DNA from: Candidatus Bathyarchaeum tardum
GTDB taxonomy: Archaea; Thermoproteota; Bathyarchaeia; Bathyarchaeales; Bathyarchaeaceae
DNA length: 64,000 bases
Direction of reading: 5' to 3'
Assembly (NCBI GenBank): GCA_024650005.2
Contig: CP122380.1
Span: 1,440,001-1,504,000, forward strand
Position 1 is the first letter of the stretch; the number at the start of each line of letters is the position of its first letter. Below are positions 58,598 to 64,000 of this stretch, one piece after another. The notes under the pieces are model-generated. The model made no database searches. It was not told the origin of the DNA and was given only the letters and a program-made list of their open reading frames with translations. The position numbers were made by a program, and so were the translations under genes.

Positions 58598-60618
58598 GCA
58601 TTTTCACAACCAAAATTTGTGTTTATTATTCCATAATTTTGAGGCAAATTGCTACGAACTGCAGAAGCAATTGGTGCGGCACTCAATTCTTCTAAGCGCA
58701 GATATTTTCCACCCATTTCAGAACATATCTGGTTCACCAAACCAAAGGAAATAAAATCCCGTTCGGTATCAATGGCAATTGATTTAATTCCAGCAGATTT
58801 GATTGCACGAGCCATTGTTTTTGCTTCTTCTACGGGGTCGCCATCATACATGTTGACGTTTGCTCGACCATCAGAAACTAAAGCCAAAAGAGGAATTGCT
58901 TCTTTGTCTCTTCGCATACAGTCACGGATAGTGTCTAACCCAGACTTCAAGCCATGAGCAAGGGGCGTACGACCACCAGTAGGAAGTCGTGCTAAACACT
59001 TTTGGGCTAATTCCACACTGCTGGTTGGAGGAAGAATAACTTCAGCGCAGTTTTTCCGGAAAGCAATCATTCCCACTCGGTCACGACGTTGATAAGCATC
59101 AATCAAAAGAGACAAAATAGCACCTTTAGTTGCAACCATACGTTCTTGGGCAGCCATTGAACCGCTAGCGTCAACAACAAACACGATTAAATTGCCCATT
59201 TTCTTTTCTCGAACTTTCTGGCGAAGATCAGATTTTTCAATAAGCAACACATTTTCGCTGTTAGATTCTTCTCTTCTCCTGTTTTGACAAAGAGCAGCAG
59301 CCCGCAAAGTAGCATCAAAAGCAAGGTCAGTAACTTTTCCTTTAGGAATTGCACTAGAAACATAACGACCAGATTTTGAATTGGTTCTAGTTTTTGACCT
59401 TCGACCTGAGCCACTGCGTTGCATCTCATCCAAAACTGGAGTTTCCAAAGGCTTCACTTTTCCGGGAGAATCAGCTTCGAAAACTTGTTCCTGTTGTGGC
59501 TGTTCATTTTCTAAAGGGGAATCAGACGAGGAATCTTCCTGAGGGGAATTACTTTCAGAAGGGGATTGTTGCTCTTGGTTTTGTTTCCATTTATTGATGT
59601 TGTCTTGAATTTGCTGTTGTTCTTGTTTTGGTTCCTCAAAGGGTTGACGACGAAGACGATGAGGAAGTGCCAGTTCTGCAGCTTCACGGACATCTTCTTC
59701 GGTTACTTCGGTTCTTCCTCTGAAGGCGGCTATTGTGCATGCAGTTTTGTAGATTGTAATGTCTGCCCGGTGACCATCAACAGCAAAGTCTACACAGATT
59801 TGAGTAATCAAGTCAAGCAAATCATCATTTAATTTAACTTTGGGCAAAAGATTGGTTGCATCAACTATCTTTTTGCGCATCTTTTCTTGTTCTTCATGAC
59901 AACTATCAACAAACCCTTGAGGATCAAATTCAAAGGCTACCCGCCTTCGGACGATTTCTGCGCGGGCTTCACGGTATGGAATGCCTTTTACTTCAACTGT
60001 TAATCCAAAACGGTCTAGAAGTTGGGGGCGAAGGTCTCCTTCTTCAGGGTTCATTGTTCCTACTAAAACAAAATGGGAAGGATGACTGAAAGAAACTCCT
60101 TCTCGTTCGACAAAGTTAATGCCCATTGCGGCAGCGTCCAAAAGAACGTCAACAAGGTGGTCATCTAGCAGGTTTACTTCGTCTATGTAGAGTATGCTTC
60201 GGTTAGCCTCGGCTAGAAGTCCTGGTTCGAAATGTTTTTCTCCAGTTTTTATTGCTTTTTCGATGTCAATTGTACCTACGAGGCGGTCTTCTGTTGCGCC
60301 TATAGGTAAATCAACAACAGATACTGACCGTTTTCTAACGGGGAGTTTTTTTCCTTTGGCAAGTTTGGTGCTACAGCTATCACACATTTCTTTTTGGTTA
60401 ATGGGATCACAATGGAAAGGGCAATCAGCAACTACATCGACTTCAGGCAATAGATGGGCTAATGCTCTTACTGCCATTGATTTTCCAGTTCCTTTTTCCC
60501 CTCTTAGTAAGACTCCGCCAATTTTTGGGTTTATGACGTTAAGTATTAATGCCATTTTCATGGTTTCTTGTCCGACAATTGCGGAGAAGGGGTATACTGT
60601 TTTGGTTCGCCAGCGCAT
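58594..60618 (-). CDS. ChlI/ChlD-type chelatase subunit (AAA+ plus vWA)
   Basis: YPFSAIVGQ, GEKGTGKS, DEVNLL, LRPQLLDRF, acidic linker, VVDASGSM MIDAS, GGRTPL, SDGRAN. Confidence 0.92.
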   Translation of the reverse strand: MRWRTKTVYPFSAIVGQETMKMALILNVINPKIGGVLLRGEKGTGKSMAVRALAHLLPEVDVVADCPFHCDPINQKEMCDSCSTKLAKGKKLPVRKRSVSVVDLPIGATEDRLVGTIDIEKAIKTGEKHFEPGLLAEANRSILYIDEVNLLDDHLVDVLLDAAAMGINFVEREGVSFSHPSHFVLVGTMNPEEGDLRPQLLDRFGLTVEVKGIPYREARAEIVRRRVAFEFDPQGFVDSCHEEQEKMRKKIVDATNLLPKVKLNDDLLDLITQICVDFAVDGHRADITIYKTACTIAAFRGRTEVTEEDVREAAELALPHRLRRQPFEEPKQEQQQIQDNINKWKQNQEQQSPSESNSPQEDSSSDSPLENEQPQQEQVFEADSPGKVKPLETPVLDEMQRSGSGRRSKTRTNSKSGRYVSSAIPKGKVTDLAFDATLRAAALCQNRRREESNSENVLLIEKSDLRQKVREKKMGNLIVFVVDASGSMAAQERMVATKGAILSLLIDAYQRRDRVGMIAFRKNCAEVILPPTSSVELAQKCLARLPTGGRTPLAHGLKSGLDTIRDCMRRDKEAIPLLALVSDGRANVNMYDGDPVEEAKTMARAIKSAGIKSIAIDTERDFISFGLVNQICSEMGGKYLRLEELSAAPIASAVRSNLPQNYGIINTNFGCENA

Positions 60619-60640
60619 TAGTAATCTTCCTTTTTGTTTT

Positions 60641-60790
60641 CTGGAGTTTGCATTGAAAGGTAATCATCAACAAAATATCGTGCATAATTTGTGTTAGCAC
60701 AGATTAAACAAAAATGAAGTGGGGTAGGCACCATTTTGTAGAGGGATAGTTGATGTTTTGTTTGTTTTTCTTTCAATGCAACCCATCCAG
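60641..60790. ncRNA. Putative structured RNA (leader or sRNA) upstream of the chelatase-btu operon
   Basis: Nested inverted repeats CTGGA/TCCAG, TTGCATTGAAAG/CTTTCAATGCAA, CATCAAC/GTTGATG, plus two inner hairpins. Confidence 0.5.
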
Positions 60791-60807
60791 TTGGATGGTT
60801 TATCCAA
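60791..60807. promoter_or_regulatory. Putative operator, copy 2 (TTGGATGGTTTATCCAA)
   Basis: Perfect TTGGAT-N5-ATCCAA just downstream of minus-strand TATA-like TTTATTAA (~60814-60821). Confidence 0.7.
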
Positions 60808-61056
60808 TACACAGTTAATAAAACTTTGTTTAACCTAGGTTGAATTTGAGTTGAATAAATCATAATTGAAAGACCAATAGAATTAGTAAAAACAAAAGCA
60901 ATATAATAATCAATATTCAAAACATTTTAGAAAAACAGAGAACACCAACAATATTAAGAATCATTAACTTGCACAAAAATACATATCGCACAAAAAAGAA
61001 ATGTAAAAAACTTAAGGATAACATCAAAAAATAAACATGACATCAGCCAAACATTT

Positions 61057-61073
61057 TTGGATGGCTAATCCAA
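61057..61073. promoter_or_regulatory. Putative operator, copy 3 (TTGGATGGCTAATCCAA)
   Basis: Perfect TTGGAT-N5-ATCCAA abutting the BRE/TATA-like CCAAAAACTTATATTT of the regulator genes. Confidence 0.7.
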
Positions 61074-61138
61074 CCAAAAACTTATATTTTGATAAACTAC
61101 ACCTAAAAGAAGGTTGAAAGCATAAACAGGTATCCATA

Positions 61139-61954
61139 ATGAATCTACTAAGGGATAAGGGCGAGTTAACAAAATTTCAGATTCTTTTTGAAATAAAACG
61201 AAAACAACCCCATGTCAAACAAGACGATATCAGCAAGACCCTAGGAATAACAGTGCAAGCAGTTTCAAAGCATTTTAAAAAACTCATCAATGAAGGGTTA
61301 ATCGAACCCGGAGCTGACAAAGCAAACTATATGTTAACTCCCAAGGCCATCGAAAAATTACAGGAAGGAGCCAAAAGCCTAGAAAGATATGCCCTTAGAA
61401 TAGAAAGCGGATTAAAAATTGAACGAGTCTGGCCTGCCCTTGCAGCCCAGCCCATAAAAGCTGGAGACCAAGTCGGAATCATAATGAAGGAAGGCATAGT
61501 TTATGCAGTGCCTGCTGACCATTCTGATGCCAAAGTTTTTGGAGTTGCAACAACGGACGCAAAAACAGGGGAAGATTTGGGTTTTGAGTACCTAAAAGGA
61601 AAAGTCAAAGTTGAACGTGGAAGAATCCTAATAGTCAAACTGCCCAGCATAAAAGAAGGGGGTTCCAGATCTGTTGATTTTGCTAAAGTGAAGAAACTCT
61701 ATAAAGAATTTCAGCCCGACAGAATTGGGGTCATGGGTTCTGTGGGAAGAGCCGTTTTAAATAAACTGGAACTCAAAGCAGACATCGAATTTGGCATTAA
61801 CCGAGCAGCAGCTATTGCAGCTTTGCGGGGTTTAGATGTTTTTGTTCTTGTTGTTGGCAGAATGGCGAACCGAATGATAGAAGAAATTGACGAAATGAAC
61901 ATCAAGCGCACAATTAACATACCGTATGAGATGAAAGACGGGAGAAAAACATGA
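61139..61954 (+). CDS. HTH transcriptional regulator (COG1497-like)
   Basis: TKFQIL...QDDISKTLGITVQAVSKHFKKLINEGLI HTH; C-terminal effector-like domain ending AALRGLDV. Confidence 0.8.
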   Translation: MNLLRDKGELTKFQILFEIKRKQPHVKQDDISKTLGITVQAVSKHFKKLINEGLIEPGADKANYMLTPKAIEKLQEGAKSLERYALRIESGLKIERVWPALAAQPIKAGDQVGIIMKEGIVYAVPADHSDAKVFGVATTDAKTGEDLGFEYLKGKVKVERGRILIVKLPSIKEGGSRSVDFAKVKKLYKEFQPDRIGVMGSVGRAVLNKLELKADIEFGINRAAAIAALRGLDVFVLVVGRMANRMIEEIDEMNIKRTINIPYEMKDGRKT

Positions 61955-62676
61955 GCGAGAGCCAAAGCTCCTTTCAAACCCAAAGAAAAAATTTAGAATC
62001 AACTAGTTTTGATGATGAAACAAACCAAGAATCATGTTCCGAACTTTTAGATGCCTTAGAAAAAATTAAAAGCAAAATTGCCCGTGGACCTGCACCCGCC
62101 TTTACTGAAGCCCACGTGATTAAAACGGTGGAAATTATTGCCAATTACAAAATAGTAGGACGAACAATCCTGTCAAATAAACTTGAACTGGGAATTGGAA
62201 CCACTAGAACTATTTTGAAGCATCTCAAAAACTATGGATATATCGCCAGTTCAAAGTTTGGTTTTGAGTTGTCACCAAAAGGAAAAAAACTATTTTCACA
62301 AATTCAATCAAAAATCAGCCAACGAATCCAAGTACCAAAAAATCAGTTAGCTGTCGGTCCCGTAGTTGTTGCAGTTTTAGTAAAAAATGCAGGTCACAAA
62401 GTAAACAAAGGAATCGAACAAAGAAACACCGCAATAAGGGCAGGAGCAGCAGGGGCAACCACATTAGTTTATTGTGACAACAAAATAGTCATGCCTTTAA
62501 AGAAAAAACACAGCACCAAAGGCCTAAAACAAATACAACAAACAGCGACCAGCAAACTAAACCCTCAAAACAACGATGTAGTAATTCTAGGTAGCGGAAC
62601 AACTCCAACAAACGCAGAAATCGGAGCTATAATGGCAGCAATAAAACTACTAAAAAACAACAACATAAACAAATAA
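61951..62676 (+). CDS. wHTH + DUF4443-like putative regulator
   Basis: GPAPAF, VGRTILSNKLELGIGTTRTILKHL, GIEQRNTAIRAGAAGATT; ATGA overlap with upstream gene. Confidence 0.75.
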   Translation: MSESQSSFQTQRKNLESTSFDDETNQESCSELLDALEKIKSKIARGPAPAFTEAHVIKTVEIIANYKIVGRTILSNKLELGIGTTRTILKHLKNYGYIASSKFGFELSPKGKKLFSQIQSKISQRIQVPKNQLAVGPVVVAVLVKNAGHKVNKGIEQRNTAIRAGAAGATTLVYCDNKIVMPLKKKHSTKGLKQIQQTATSKLNPQNNDVVILGSGTTPTNAEIGAIMAAIKLLKNNNINK

Positions 62677-63134
62677 CATCTTCAACTAGGTTACGAATTG
62701 TTATCTTGAAAGATTATAGAGCGTTGGTCAAAACAAAAATAGAACCATACCTCGGATTCTTACATTCAGTTCAACACGGAAAACCTAGTTTAGTTTGTGA
62801 CAATCAAGATGTTTACAGATACCTGATTGATGACTATCTCATTGAACATGAACAAAAACTATGTAAGAAAGATTTTGTTGTTGTCACTGATTTTCTGATG
62901 CGCCTAAAAATGGGAAAACGAGTTCACTTATGCGGATACGAAGCTGATGCCCTAGCAGCAGATGGATTAAACAAGTTATTTGAAAAAAGGGTTGAAATTC
63001 CAAGAATCAAACATGGCAAACGACAAACATTGGACACTTTGATTACCGAAGAATTAATTCTATTAGCTAAATATTTGCGAAACGAAAGAAAACAATGGCA
63101 ATCAAGAATTGCACAAATAGGTTTAGCTTTATAA
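62675..63134 (+). pseudogene. cas1: Truncated solo Cas1/casposase-like gene (C-terminal part)
   Basis: EPYLGFLH...KPSLVCD...YRYLIDD; upstream NIFN-GYELLS*K recoverable only with frameshifts; N-terminal domain missing. Confidence 0.75.
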
Positions 63135-63176
63135 TCCAATGAAATTTAATATACTTTTGACAATTCTTATCTAGCA

Positions 63177-63848
63177 ATGTCCGTATTATTTGAAAAATAT
63201 TTGTCTAATTATGGTGGTGTAAATGATTGGTATCTTCAATCATTTAACCGGTTAAAGGAAAATTTTTTTCTGAATAATATTCTGTATGCTGGAAGTTGGA
63301 TTCACATAACACCGTCTCTAGTGTTCCCCAGGGTAGTTTATGTAGATATTTTTTCAAAGATGAAACAGTTTTTCACTAACCCAGAAGTAATAAATTACAT
63401 AACAAAAAACGCAACAACAAAAAACAAACCCGAAATAGTTTTTCATCAATCAGATTATACCAAAGATTTTGGTGAGGCAAAAAATAGCTTTGATTTACTC
63501 ATATCATTGAACAGCGGTTTTGTCTCTCAAGCTTGTTCATCGTACTTGAAAAAAGATGGTTTACTTTTCGCAAACAATGAACATTTTGACGCCATTACAG
63601 CTTATGTTGACCCCAAATTCAAAGCCATAGGTATATTTACGAAATCAAACAAATTAATTCAAACAAAAAGAGAAGTTGAAACTTATTTTATTACAAAAGA
63701 AGGCTCACCAATAACCCGTGAAATGGTTGAAGAAAACAAAAAAGGTCACCTTCAAAAGCTAAATTCAAATTGGAAAAAAAAGCCCAACTATATCTTTTCC
63801 AAAAACTTGGATAATTGTAACCTCAATTTCTTTATCACATGTGTGTGA
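63177..63848 (+). CDS. Hypothetical protein, SAM-methyltransferase-like fold
   Basis: ILYAGS...VVYVD...SFDLLIS...YLKKDGLL pattern. Confidence 0.55.
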   Translation: MSVLFEKYLSNYGGVNDWYLQSFNRLKENFFLNNILYAGSWIHITPSLVFPRVVYVDIFSKMKQFFTNPEVINYITKNATTKNKPEIVFHQSDYTKDFGEAKNSFDLLISLNSGFVSQACSSYLKKDGLLFANNEHFDAITAYVDPKFKAIGIFTKSNKLIQTKREVETYFITKEGSPITREMVEENKKGHLQKLNSNWKKKPNYIFSKNLDNCNLNFFITCV

Positions 63849-64000
63849 GTTTTTTGATATTGTATTTCGTTTTGTGTATTGTGAAAAGATGAGTAGATAT
63901 TGGTAGGGGAGTAGAGTTAAACAGAAAGAGAAAGGGTAAAAAGGTTAAATTTTAACTCTAGAACTCAAGGTCTTCTTGTGAGTTATGTAGTTTTATATGA

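Noticed and set aside
60619-60790. Canonical cobalamin riboswitch upstream of the btu operon
   Set aside because: GGTGCC is present on the coding strand, but no GGGAA junction or B12-box consensus is visible; kept only as an unknown structure.
60618-60920. 100-aa minus-strand ORF upstream of the chelatase gene
   Set aside because: Overlaps the promoter, operator and stem structure and has no protein-like features.
62675-64000. CRISPR array near the cas1 fragment
   Set aside because: No regularly spaced direct repeats seen here or elsewhere in the window.

Overview
Low-GC archaeal chromosome segment. Gene content (TFB, rpS30e, Trm112/Trm5, UPF0147/UPF0148, IPEF-tailed secreted proteins) suggests Bathyarchaeia; this is inference. 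Layout: (1) 1-8.1 kb housekeeping genes. (2) 8.2-16.9 kb accessory region between convergent tRNA-Glu and tRNA-Leu, with PEF-CTERM-type surface proteins, transporters and several pseudogenes. (3) 17-22.4 kb glycosylation and tRNA-modification genes. (4) A ~4.1 kb element integrated in tRNA-Thr(GGT), bounded by perfect 30-bp att repeats. It encodes a Zn-finger HUH rolling-circle Rep and a tyrosine integrase whose start is split off by integration and rejoined in frame on excision. (5) More tRNAs, an orphan DNA methyltransferase, TFB and rpS30e. (6) A ~27 kb tetrapyrrole/anaerobic cobalamin synthesis and corrinoid uptake cluster with a HemA-CbiX-CbiC fusion and a three-domain BtuF-like protein. 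Its three promoter regions share a palindrome, TTGGAT-N5-ATCCAA, and lie next to two uncharacterised HTH regulators and a ~150-nt structured leader: a candidate undescribed archaeal B12 regulon. (7) A decayed solo cas1 with no CRISPR array. All protein calls come from motif recognition, not database searches.
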